DNA from: Clostridia bacterium
GTDB taxonomy: Bacteria; Bacillota; Clostridia; Christensenellales; DTU072
Assembly: GCA_017533505.1 (NCBI GenBank)
Contig: JAFXIB010000089.1
Location: 2,009-66,008 of the forward strand
Length of the DNA stretch: 64,000 nt
Reading direction: 5' to 3'
The position numbers and the translations under genes are program-made. Of this stretch, positions 36,762-45,865 are shown piece by piece (the stretch's first letter is position 1; each line of letters opens with the position of its first letter). The notes beneath the pieces were generated by a model, which saw only the letters and a program-made list of their open reading frames with translations, had not been told where the DNA came from and ran no database searches.

Positions 36762-38747
36762 CTACTTTTGGCGCTTATCTACCGTCTTTTGAGTGGGGCG
36801 CGCAATGCTGAATTTGCCACTTGGGATATCTTCGGTTATTGTTGAGCCACCAGCAATATAACAGTCATTCCCTATCTTCAATGGTGCAATAAGATTGGAG
36901 TTGCAACCGATAAACACTCTTTCTCCCACTTCTGTTCTTCGCTTTAATTTTCCGTTATAATTTGCAAACACCGTGCCACATCCTACATTTGTATGCGCGC
37001 CCACATCTGCATCGCCCACATATGTAAGATGCGCTGCTTTTACCCCGTCCCCAATCACCGAATTTTTGACTTCTACATAGTCGCCTATCCTACACCCCTT
37101 GCCAATATTTGCGCCCTTGCGTAGTGTTGCAAAAGGTCCTATTGTGGAGTGTGCTCCTATGTTTGCATTAAGACAATAGCTTGAACGAATGTCTACACCA
37201 TCGCCAATTGTAGTATCGGTTATATCGCAAAATGAATAGATGTTGGCATTTTCCCCTATAATCGTCTTGCCAGCAATATAATTGAATGGATAAATTATAC
37301 TGCCTTTTCCAATTTCCACCCCTTTTGCAATAAAAGTAGTACTTGGCTCTACAATCGTTACGCCATTAGTGGTGTAGTTTTGATAATCTTCTTTTGCATT
37401 TATTGGATTTTGGGATACTTTATTATTGGTTTTAGTATTCTTTAATTCCATATTTTGGACTATTTCTGTGCTTATAAATTCTTTAATTTTGATAGCACTT
37501 TCCTTGGCTTTTTCATAGGTTTCCCCCTCCACCATAATGCGTATTTTAGGCTCGGTGCCAGATGGTCTTGCGACGACTCTAACGGCGTTTTCTTTTTCAT
37601 ACAACTCAAGAAACTCTTTGATTTTTGTGGAACCTTGGAGTAGCTCTTTTTGTTCAACACTTGCAGTAATATCACTTTCCACACAAGGGTATTTGACCAT
37701 ATCAAGCAACCTATTTATGCCAACTTCTCTGTCTATCAAGGCAACAAACAAAGCTGTAAGCAGTCCATCTCCTGTTTGTGAATAGTGCCTTAAAATGATA
37801 TGTCCACTATCCTCGCCACCAATCTCCGAACCACTTTCAAGCATTTTTTGATATACATATTTGTCGCCAACATCTGCCCTAACAAATGATATCCCCCTAT
37901 CTTCCAACGACTTTTCCAGCCCCATATTGCTCATGAGCGTACCAACAACGCATCTTGTTGCCAATCTTCCCTTCAGCTCAAAGTATCGTGTAATTAGATA
38001 CAAAATATCATCTCCAGTCAGCATTTTGCCATCTTTGATGGCAATTACTCTGTCCCCGTCACCATCAAAAGCAAAACCAAGGGAGCAGTTTTCTTTTAAG
38101 CAATACTCTTGTAAAGGTGTTAGATATGTTGCGCCACATTTTACATTAATGCACTCTCCATTGTCGTCTGCATTTATATCCTTTAACCTTATACCCAGCC
38201 TTTCAAACACTTTGGACACAATGCTAAAAGTTGCTCCGTGACAAAGGTCTGTAGCCAACTCCATACCAATCAAGCTATTTCCAAAAATACCTTCAAGATA
38301 TGTAATATAGTTTTCCACTTCTCCATTATAAACAATTCCTTGCGCCCCAAAATTTGGCTTAAAATCTTGGTTTAGTGCACTCTCAATCTCTTTCTCCAAC
38401 TGCGTAGAAATCTTGGCTCCTTGCCCCGAAAACAGCTTCAAACCATTGTATTCTGGTGGGTTATGACTTGCTGAAATCATTATGCCCAATTGACAACCAC
38501 TGCTTTTTGTTAAAAAAGCAAGTGTAGGAGTCGGCATCACACCACCCCTAAAAACGCTAATTCCATTTGACAGCAAATGGGCAGTAAGCATATTTTCTAT
38601 TTCGCCACCACTAACTCTTGTGTCTCTACCTATATAAACACTAATTTTGCCAAAAACCTTGCAAATTGCTTTGGAAAACCTACAAATAAAGGGCTCATCA
38701 AACAATGTGCCCTTTGCTCTTATACCATCTGTGCCAAATTTAAGCAT
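36762..38747 (-). CDS. Fusion protein: phosphoglucosamine-mutase-like phosphohexomutase (N) + GlmU-type left-handed beta-helix acetyltransferase domain (C)
   Basis: N-terminal part: FGTDGIRA, phosphoserine loop SASHNPPEYNGLK, metal loop FAFDGDGDR, sugar loop GGEDSGH, phosphate loop RPSGTEPKIR. After a linker of about 40 aa: IGPFATLRKGANIG, GDYVEVKNSVIGDGVKAAHLTYVGDADVG, NVGCGTVFANYNGKLKRRTEVG, VFIGCNSNLIAPLKIG, AGGSTIT. This is collinear with the E. coli GlmU C-terminal domain as I recall it. No nucleotidyltransferase domain is present. Confidence 0.85.
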   Translation of the reverse strand: MLKFGTDGIRAKGTLFDEPFICRFSKAICKVFGKISVYIGRDTRVSGGEIENMLTAHLLSNGISVFRGGVMPTPTLAFLTKSSGCQLGIMISASHNPPEYNGLKLFSGQGAKISTQLEKEIESALNQDFKPNFGAQGIVYNGEVENYITYLEGIFGNSLIGMELATDLCHGATFSIVSKVFERLGIRLKDINADDNGECINVKCGATYLTPLQEYCLKENCSLGFAFDGDGDRVIAIKDGKMLTGDDILYLITRYFELKGRLATRCVVGTLMSNMGLEKSLEDRGISFVRADVGDKYVYQKMLESGSEIGGEDSGHIILRHYSQTGDGLLTALFVALIDREVGINRLLDMVKYPCVESDITASVEQKELLQGSTKIKEFLELYEKENAVRVVARPSGTEPKIRIMVEGETYEKAKESAIKIKEFISTEIVQNMELKNTKTNNKVSQNPINAKEDYQNYTTNGVTIVEPSTTFIAKGVEIGKGSIIYPFNYIAGKTIIGENANIYSFCDITDTTIGDGVDIRSSYCLNANIGAHSTIGPFATLRKGANIGKGCRIGDYVEVKNSVIGDGVKAAHLTYVGDADVGAHTNVGCGTVFANYNGKLKRRTEVGERVFIGCNSNLIAPLKIGNDCYIAGGSTITEDIPSGKFSIARPTQKTVDKRQK

Positions 38748-38794
38748 AAAATCTCCACGCGATATTATATGCCAAACTCAATATATGTGTGCAT

Positions 38795-38817
38795 TAAAAA
38801 AGCGCTCTACGGCGCTT
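38795..38817 (-). terminator. Rho-independent terminator after mtnN
   Basis: Minus strand: aagcgc-cgtaga-gcgctt followed by ttttttaa, 3 nt after the stop at 38821. Confidence 0.7.
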
Positions 38818-38820
38818 ATA

Positions 38821-39498
38821 TTAAAGTTGACTTATTACTTTTAGCAATGTACTTGAATTTATCTTACAAGCTGTTTCGGCAAGCTCATTATAGCTCAATT
38901 CTGCACCATCTTCGGCTGAATCGCTGATTACCTTTAATGCACCAAACTTTACGCCTAAAATATGGCAAACTTGGGCTACAGCGCCACACTCCATATCACA
39001 AGCTACTGCGCCAAAGGTATTTGCAATAGCCTTGGCTTTGTTTGAATCTGCAATAAAGGTATCCCCTGTTGCCACGATGCCAACAGAAGCGTTTTCAGCG
39101 CCATTTTTGATAGCTTCAACTATTTCCTTGTCCGCATCAAAATAAACCATATTTAGCCCACTGATAAGCCCTATGGGGTCGCCAAGTGCTGTTGTATCGC
39201 TGTCATGCTGACAAACTCTTGATACAGATAGTGCGCTGAGTGGCTTGAGTTTGCCAACACCCCCTGCTATACCTGTATTGATGACAACATCAACACCAAA
39301 CTTTTCCACCATAATGGTGGTGGTAAAGGCTGCGTTAACTTTGCCGATGCCTGCAAGAGCAAGAATAACTTCATTATCCCCCATTTTACCTATGGTAAAA
39401 GTTTTGCCCTTGTACTCAAGACTATAAGTGGATTGAAGCCCAGCGATAATATCGCGGGCTTCCTTATCCATTGCTACTAAAAGTCCAATTTTCCTCAT
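38821..39498 (-). CDS. mtnN: 5'-methylthioadenosine/S-adenosylhomocysteine nucleosidase
   Basis: MRKIGLLVAMDKEA, AGIGKVNAA, INTGIAGG, ATGDTFIAD, ACDMECGAVAQVC. These are the canonical Pfs/MtnN motifs. Confidence 0.9.
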   Translation of the reverse strand: MRKIGLLVAMDKEARDIIAGLQSTYSLEYKGKTFTIGKMGDNEVILALAGIGKVNAAFTTTIMVEKFGVDVVINTGIAGGVGKLKPLSALSVSRVCQHDSDTTALGDPIGLISGLNMVYFDADKEIVEAIKNGAENASVGIVATGDTFIADSNKAKAIANTFGAVACDMECGAVAQVCHILGVKFGALKVISDSAEDGAELSYNELAETACKINSSTLLKVISQL

Positions 39499-40433
39499 TA
39501 TTCAGTGTATGTTTCTACAACGAGTGCGTGTTCTTGGATTGCGATTGGCTTACCAAGGTTGGTTACAACACTGACAAATGCCTTGCCGATTTCTTCGTTA
39601 ACTACATTTTCTGAAGTATCAACTTCTTGACCTTCCTTTTCTGCCGTTTCGTCAGCTTTCTTTGCAAGAACCTTCATGATTGCCTTGGAAATTGGGCTAT
39701 CACTATCGTTAATCTTGAGAGATTGAGATTCGGTCTTCAAGCCATCTTCGCCAAGAATCAATGTTGAGTAGCTTACTGCATATACCTTTTCGGGTAGGCT
39801 GATGAAGCCACCAACACCCATTTCGTCAAGAGTAGCATTTACATCAGCAGCAATAGCAGTTGTTTCGATGCTTGCTACAACACGAAGAGTCCAGCTTTCG
39901 CCATTTTTAGAAATGGTTACTTCATTGATTTTTGCATCAAGGTCTTGTAGATACTTGATAGCTTCGTCGCTTGACTCTGCACCATCACTTACCATTTGAT
40001 TGAAAATATATGCAAGTGTGGTATCTTTGTATGTAATTTCTTGGGTGGTAGGATAGATAATCTTGTCGGTTACGATTGATGAGTAATCGATGGTACCGTC
40101 TTCCTTTTTAGCTACACTACTATTTTCGATAGCTGTGTCAGCAGTACCCTTTTCTTGCTCTTCGTTGACTGGGTTAAGCACGATGTCTTCTTCACTTGGA
40201 TTCATCAATGTTTTGATGAATGAGAATACATCCTTGAGTTTTACATCAGCGAGTCCCAATGTACGCAAGGTTTCGCCTTCAAAAAGCTCAATGTCAGCGA
40301 TACCAATTTGGTCTGGGGTAAGGTTTACTAATACCACTGCTGCGATTACGACAACAAGAATAAGTACGATTATCGTAACGATTGGTCCAATAATGCATCC
40401 TTTGATGATGCCTGGATTTGAGGGTTGTGCCAT
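39498..40433 (-). CDS. N-terminally membrane-anchored extracytoplasmic protein, unknown function
   Basis: 311-aa ORF with a single N-terminal TM (IIGPIVTIIVLILVVVIAAVVLV) and an acidic soluble remainder. Its stop overlaps the mtnN start (ATGA-type coupling). Confidence 0.6.
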   Translation of the reverse strand: MAQPSNPGIIKGCIIGPIVTIIVLILVVVIAAVVLVNLTPDQIGIADIELFEGETLRTLGLADVKLKDVFSFIKTLMNPSEEDIVLNPVNEEQEKGTADTAIENSSVAKKEDGTIDYSSIVTDKIIYPTTQEITYKDTTLAYIFNQMVSDGAESSDEAIKYLQDLDAKINEVTISKNGESWTLRVVASIETTAIAADVNATLDEMGVGGFISLPEKVYAVSYSTLILGEDGLKTESQSLKINDSDSPISKAIMKVLAKKADETAEKEGQEVDTSENVVNEEIGKAFVSVVTNLGKPIAIQEHALVVETYTE

Positions 40434-40506
40434 AATAATTCTCCTTCCTTTTTCCTTTAATAATTTTATTATTACATAATGCTTTTAGGTTGTCAAGATT
40501 AGTTTT

Positions 40507-43083
40507 TTATTGATTTATTGCACTTGTTAGCTTTGCAAACAATTCCTTTGAGTTTGGTACTGGGTCACCGGGCTTAATTTCTGGCTCGCCGTTTTCAAAG
40601 TCAGCACATACCAAGAAACAATCGTTTGTGATATGCATGGGCTTTGTGGGTTTTACAACCATATTTACAAGTGAATTTATTGATCCAAGATTACCAACAG
40701 GCTGACCATTTTCATCTTCAAGTGGAACAATATACTTTGTTAGATTATCATTTGCATTCTCTGTATGGATGATATTGGGGTCAGCTTTAGCAATCAATCC
40801 CATACCAAGAAATGCAAAACTTGCATATTCTTTGCCACCATATTTGTAGAATATATGGTCATACTCTGGCTCTTTTATAAAAGTATTGATGATTTTTGAT
40901 ACAGCATCAACAAGCATATCTCTCAATTGTCCCGATACGATATCAGTACCTACCATACCAAGCAATGTGTTTGAGAATATATTTTTGAATTCAGCGCGTT
41001 GCTTCCAGTTGTAAACATCCATAAAGCCTTCAATATTGATGTCCATACGGAATACTCCGTCGCTAACACGCTCATTAAAGTAGCTTGTAGCAAGCTGAAC
41101 TGCTGCAGCACCTGTTTGCTTAAAGATATTATTACGCAATGTTACTGTACAATGCTCTGCTCTATTGGGCTCATAACCCAAGGATATACCAGCATTAAAA
41201 TTGTCGCCAATAATGCAACCTTCAACAAGGATATTGAGCATATTTTGGATATTTAATCCGTTTGTAAACCCACTGAACTGACAATATTTAACTTCAGCTG
41301 GGCAGAATGACCAATAGAAGTTAATAGCTTCCAAAACATGGTCCGTATCTTTATATGCAGGAGCTCCAATGAAATTTATATCTTCAACAACTGTTGTGCC
41401 TGTGCCTGTTTCCTTCCATTCATAGTGGCCGTTTCCATCCCAAGAAGCCTCAATGACATAGGTACGCCAAGTACCTTCGTTGAGTGGATAGTTTGTAGCA
41501 TCAATTTTAAAACCATTGCCAAATATACTACAACCCAAACCAACAGTATGGTCTGGATAAACATCAGCTTGCAGAACGATATCGTGACGCTTGATATTTA
41601 CAACTCTATCGAACTCTTCCCAGCGGTAAACATTGATAGCATTTTTCTCTCTTACATTGAATGTAAAGCTACGCTTTACGCGTTCTTGCAAAAGGTTGTT
41701 GACCTTCAAAGTTGCTGTTAGTGTTACAGAGTTACCCCTGACGGCATCAAGGAATTGAAGCTCAATGTCTTGGCTGTTTTCAATGGGTGTGATTGTAGCA
41801 TATTCGGGATTAGACAAAGTCCAAACAACATCAAAAGTATTGCTCTTGTCGGCAAGTCCAAAAGTAAACTTATCGGTTATATTGCCGTTTTCGTCAAGGA
41901 AATATTGTCCCCAAGTACGAGTGAGTTGAATACCAAGTTTCTGGTCAGCTGAGCCAAGCTCCATTTCGAAAGCGATGGGGTTTTCTCTTACAATAACTTC
42001 CTTTTCTACACTTTCTCCATTGTAAGTTGCTTTTACCATAACGGTACCAGCTTTAAGTGGAATAAGCATACCAGTAATTGGCTCAAGTTCCAAAATGGAG
42101 CTATCAGAAATCTCAATGGTTGCGCCCTCAATAAGCTCTCCATTGATAAGGTTGCCTACAACTGGATAGTAACCACCATTGCGCGTATACATTGTGCTTG
42201 CAAGTTCAACAAAGCCCCAGCCATCAGCGCTTGCACTGATAAACTCAACTTCTACACTATAACTATTCTTTTGGAACAAATAACGATTATCGGCTATGTT
42301 AGATACTACTATATCACTATCCAACGCGTGATTATCAACTATCCAATCAATGGTAATCTCATCAACATCGGTATAAATTGTCTTTTGTGATACAAGTGCT
42401 TTGGTGGTATCTATATCAACATAGTCAGAAACGGTGTTGCCGTCCTTATCAACAGCATTTACCTTAATTCTTGCAAGGCCTTTTCCTACAACTTTGATTT
42501 CGCCGTTGTTGCTTACAGTTGCAACGGCTGTATTTGATGATGACCATTGGATGTCGTTATTGCGCAAAGCATCAACAGGATGGATATCTACATAGTATTT
42601 TTCGCCATGATAAACATCACGATGCTCGCCAACATCCAAGCCTTGCTCGTCGTAAATACTGATTTGCTCAATGGAATCACTTGTTACATAAAATGTAACT
42701 TCTTGGAAAACATTTATGTTTGCTTTAGCACGAATCTCCAGTTTGGTTACACCAATCTTAACAGGAGTGATAGAGTAGCGATTGCTATCCCCTATTTGCT
42801 CAAGTATGACTTCGCCTTCCCCAGCTTCTGCAACACGCTCATAAATGATTGTTTTATCCTGCGTGATAGCTGGCAAGACATCTATGATGATAAATTCATC
42901 ATAGTTTCTTGAGTCAACCTTGATAATTGTATTCTTGTCAAGCTCCACATTGTCGCTGTCCTTGATTACTATCTCGCTGGGGTTTACAGGCGTAGTAAGA
43001 GATATTATAGCACCAGTCGCTGATAGCGCTATAACCACGACAATAGGTATTAAAAAGATTACACCAACTAAAAATTTCTTCAT
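40507..43083 (-). CDS. N-anchored surface protein with Big_2-like Ig domain(s) and a C-terminal right-handed beta-helix-like region (paralog B)
   Basis: TM anchor MKKFLVGVIFLIPIVVVIALSATGAII. Big_2 signature IQWSSSNTAVATVSNNGEIKVVGKGLARIKVNAVDKDGN. Beta-helix-like turns (GNGFKIDATNYPL, VEGCIIGDNFNAGISLGY, LRNNIFKQTGAAAVQL). Collinear with 43113..45785. Confidence 0.7.
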   Translation of the reverse strand: MKKFLVGVIFLIPIVVVIALSATGAIISLTTPVNPSEIVIKDSDNVELDKNTIIKVDSRNYDEFIIIDVLPAITQDKTIIYERVAEAGEGEVILEQIGDSNRYSITPVKIGVTKLEIRAKANINVFQEVTFYVTSDSIEQISIYDEQGLDVGEHRDVYHGEKYYVDIHPVDALRNNDIQWSSSNTAVATVSNNGEIKVVGKGLARIKVNAVDKDGNTVSDYVDIDTTKALVSQKTIYTDVDEITIDWIVDNHALDSDIVVSNIADNRYLFQKNSYSVEVEFISASADGWGFVELASTMYTRNGGYYPVVGNLINGELIEGATIEISDSSILELEPITGMLIPLKAGTVMVKATYNGESVEKEVIVRENPIAFEMELGSADQKLGIQLTRTWGQYFLDENGNITDKFTFGLADKSNTFDVVWTLSNPEYATITPIENSQDIELQFLDAVRGNSVTLTATLKVNNLLQERVKRSFTFNVREKNAINVYRWEEFDRVVNIKRHDIVLQADVYPDHTVGLGCSIFGNGFKIDATNYPLNEGTWRTYVIEASWDGNGHYEWKETGTGTTVVEDINFIGAPAYKDTDHVLEAINFYWSFCPAEVKYCQFSGFTNGLNIQNMLNILVEGCIIGDNFNAGISLGYEPNRAEHCTVTLRNNIFKQTGAAAVQLATSYFNERVSDGVFRMDINIEGFMDVYNWKQRAEFKNIFSNTLLGMVGTDIVSGQLRDMLVDAVSKIINTFIKEPEYDHIFYKYGGKEYASFAFLGMGLIAKADPNIIHTENANDNLTKYIVPLEDENGQPVGNLGSINSLVNMVVKPTKPMHITNDCFLVCADFENGEPEIKPGDPVPNSKELFAKLTSAINQ

Positions 43084-43112
43084 ATAGTACCCAATATGTA
43101 AGCGTTATTTCA

Positions 43113-45785
43113 CTAATTTCCCCTTAGTTTATCATATAACTCTCTACTATTTGGAATTGGATCGCCAGGCTTGATGTCTGGCTCGCCTTGACTAAAGTTT
43201 GTACATACTATGGTTGATGGATTACACAAAGTGGTTACATTTGGCATACCAACCTTTGGTGCAAGAGTCTTTATAAGACTCTCAAGTCCGGCCATTCTAC
43301 CAACTGGCTTGCCTTCGCTATCGGCAAATGGTAGGTCTACCATCATTAGGTTTTGTGACTTGATATCAACATGACTACTATCAAAATAGAACAATGCACC
43401 CAATCCAAGCACACCAAATGAAACATATTCTTCACCAGCATACTTAAAGTATAGGTCTTGGATTTCATCACTCTTTGAAATATCAAGTAGCACCTTGTCA
43501 AGTACGGGCATCAAGAGTGTGTCTATTGCCTCCTTAAGATCTCCTGTTGCAACCATACCGACATATCCACCAATAAGATTTGCAAGACTATCGATAAATT
43601 CAGCCTTACTCTTCCAATTATAAATATCGTTAAATCCTTCAAAACGCAAGTCTGGTGCAGAGTTACAATTTGAGTCTATGTTCATATCAATCGGTACACT
43701 TGCAACCATAACACTTGGACCAGAACTAATCTTGAATACATTGTTACGGAATACAATCTTATTGGGTGTATCAAGGCGTCTATCTTTCTCATTATAGAAG
43801 AATGAGAACACGCAAGTTTCAGCATTATCACCCAAGATACAGCCTTCAACCGTTACATCATAGTGGTAGCCAATTTGTATACCCCTGTGGGTGTTATATA
43901 CTTGCAAATAACGGAAATATACTGGGATTTCCTTTTCTGGGAAATCGTTGAATATTGGTCTTGTTTCGTGCCAAATAGCTTCACTCTTGATAGCTACGCC
44001 ACGGCCTTCAGCTTCTTCAATGCTGTTTGCATTGAACATAATCATATCTTCAAAGACTATGGATTCGTTACCTTCGGAAACAAACAAATCATAGTTTGTC
44101 TTGAATTCGGGCTTACGAGTATCTTCAACAAAGTCTTCGTAGTCATACTCTATTGCGCCATCGTCCATATCCATATCGTTCAATGGTACATTTGTAGCAT
44201 CCCACTTGAAGCCATTACCAAACACACTTGCAGTAAGGTCTTCTATGCGTCCAGGTGCAACGATATCAGCTTGAAGCACAATATTATAGAAATGGAATTC
44301 TCTTATCCATCTTGCTTGCTCAAAGGTATAAACATTGATGCTGTTTCTTTGCTCTTTAATTTTGAAAGTAAAGCTACGCTTTACGCGTGTTTGAACAAAC
44401 TCATTTACCTTCAAGGTCGCTGTAATTACAACATCCTTACCTTCTGCTTCATGCTTAAAGTCAATGATGATGTCTTGACCTTCGCCAGTAGGAGTGATTT
44501 CTGCAAAGTTATTATCGTTTACACTCCAAACAACATCAAATGTATTATCTTTGTTTGCAAGGCCGAATTTATACTTTGTAGTTAGGTTGTAGTTTTCATC
44601 AAGCCAGTAAATACCATAGGTTCTATCAAGCTTTATACCAAGCTGTTGGTCTGCTGTACCAAGTTCAAGCTCAAAGGCAAGTGGATTGTCCCTTACAACA
44701 ACTTCCTTGGACTTGGTTTCGCCATTGTATTCTACATTTATAGTAGCAGTACCTGGTTTAAGTGGAAGAATAAATCCTGTTTCCTTTTCATACTCTAATA
44801 CAGAGTTATCACTAAAAGTGATAGTTGCGTTTTCTATGATTTCACCACTGATTAGCTTTGTTGCAACCATAGTGTATCCACCATTGCGTGTATACATCAA
44901 GGATGGAAGGTCGCTGATTTCCCAATCATTTTCGGTTGTAATTATAGTTTCAATAGTCGCGGTAGCATCGTCTGTAACAACTTCAAACTTACCATCGCCA
45001 AGTTCATTTATCGTTGCAGTTGCATCAAGCACAAGGTTTGCCATAACCCAATCACTATCAACTTCTTCTGCAACATAAGCCTTGTTGGTCTTAATAATTG
45101 CATCATTAGTATCGATGTCAACATAGTCAGTTACAGTGTTGCCGTCTTTGTCAATGGCTGTTACCTTGATACGAGCAAGTCCCCTATCAACGATACTTAC
45201 AACACCATTTTGTGATACCTTTGCAACTGATGTATTAGATGATGACCATTGGATATCATTGTTGCGTACTGCATCAAATGGGTTGATGTCTACATATAGC
45301 TTAAGTTCGCTTGAAATCTCTCTGTATTCACCAACTTCAGCACCTTTGTCATCATAGATGGTCATAGTTTCGATGCTGTCGGAAGATACATAGAAAGTTA
45401 CTTCCTTGTAAACATTGACATTTGCCTTTGCGCGTATTTCCAATTTGGTTACGCCTATCTTCTTTGGAACAATTGAGTAGCGATTGCTATCGCCAATTTG
45501 TTCAAGATCAACTTCGCCTTGTCCAGCTTCGTCAATTCTTTCATAAGTAATTGCCTTATCTTGCGTAATTGCAGGCAAAACATCAATAATGATGAATTCA
45601 CTAAAGTCTCTGCTATCAATTTTTATGATGGCATTTCTGTCAATTTCTTCATTATTGCTGTTCTTAATTACCATATCCGATGGATTTACAGGCGTTGTCA
45701 AGCTGATAATAGCACCAGTCGCACTGAGCGCTATTACCACGACAATTGGAATTAAGAATATTACACCTATAAGAAACTTTTTCAT
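43113..45785 (-). CDS. N-anchored surface protein with Big_2-like Ig domain(s) and beta-helix-like region (paralog A)
   Basis: N-terminus almost identical to paralog B (MKKFLIGVIFLIPIVVVIALSATGAIISLTTPVNPS). IQWSSSNTSVAKVSQNGVVSIVDRGLARIKVTAIDKDGN; GNGFKWDATNVPL; VEGCILGDNAETCVF; FRNNVFKISSGPSVMV. Shared C-terminal GEP(D/E)IKPGDP(I/V)PNS(R/K)EL. Confidence 0.7.
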   Translation of the reverse strand: MKKFLIGVIFLIPIVVVIALSATGAIISLTTPVNPSDMVIKNSNNEEIDRNAIIKIDSRDFSEFIIIDVLPAITQDKAITYERIDEAGQGEVDLEQIGDSNRYSIVPKKIGVTKLEIRAKANVNVYKEVTFYVSSDSIETMTIYDDKGAEVGEYREISSELKLYVDINPFDAVRNNDIQWSSSNTSVAKVSQNGVVSIVDRGLARIKVTAIDKDGNTVTDYVDIDTNDAIIKTNKAYVAEEVDSDWVMANLVLDATATINELGDGKFEVVTDDATATIETIITTENDWEISDLPSLMYTRNGGYTMVATKLISGEIIENATITFSDNSVLEYEKETGFILPLKPGTATINVEYNGETKSKEVVVRDNPLAFELELGTADQQLGIKLDRTYGIYWLDENYNLTTKYKFGLANKDNTFDVVWSVNDNNFAEITPTGEGQDIIIDFKHEAEGKDVVITATLKVNEFVQTRVKRSFTFKIKEQRNSINVYTFEQARWIREFHFYNIVLQADIVAPGRIEDLTASVFGNGFKWDATNVPLNDMDMDDGAIEYDYEDFVEDTRKPEFKTNYDLFVSEGNESIVFEDMIMFNANSIEEAEGRGVAIKSEAIWHETRPIFNDFPEKEIPVYFRYLQVYNTHRGIQIGYHYDVTVEGCILGDNAETCVFSFFYNEKDRRLDTPNKIVFRNNVFKISSGPSVMVASVPIDMNIDSNCNSAPDLRFEGFNDIYNWKSKAEFIDSLANLIGGYVGMVATGDLKEAIDTLLMPVLDKVLLDISKSDEIQDLYFKYAGEEYVSFGVLGLGALFYFDSSHVDIKSQNLMMVDLPFADSEGKPVGRMAGLESLIKTLAPKVGMPNVTTLCNPSTIVCTNFSQGEPDIKPGDPIPNSRELYDKLRGN

Positions 45786-45865
45786 TGCTATTTTTTGTTT
45801 CCCTTATCATTTTCTTTGGCGAAAACTCCTTTCGCCGGTAGCCCTAATTATGCGGTTAGGGTATA

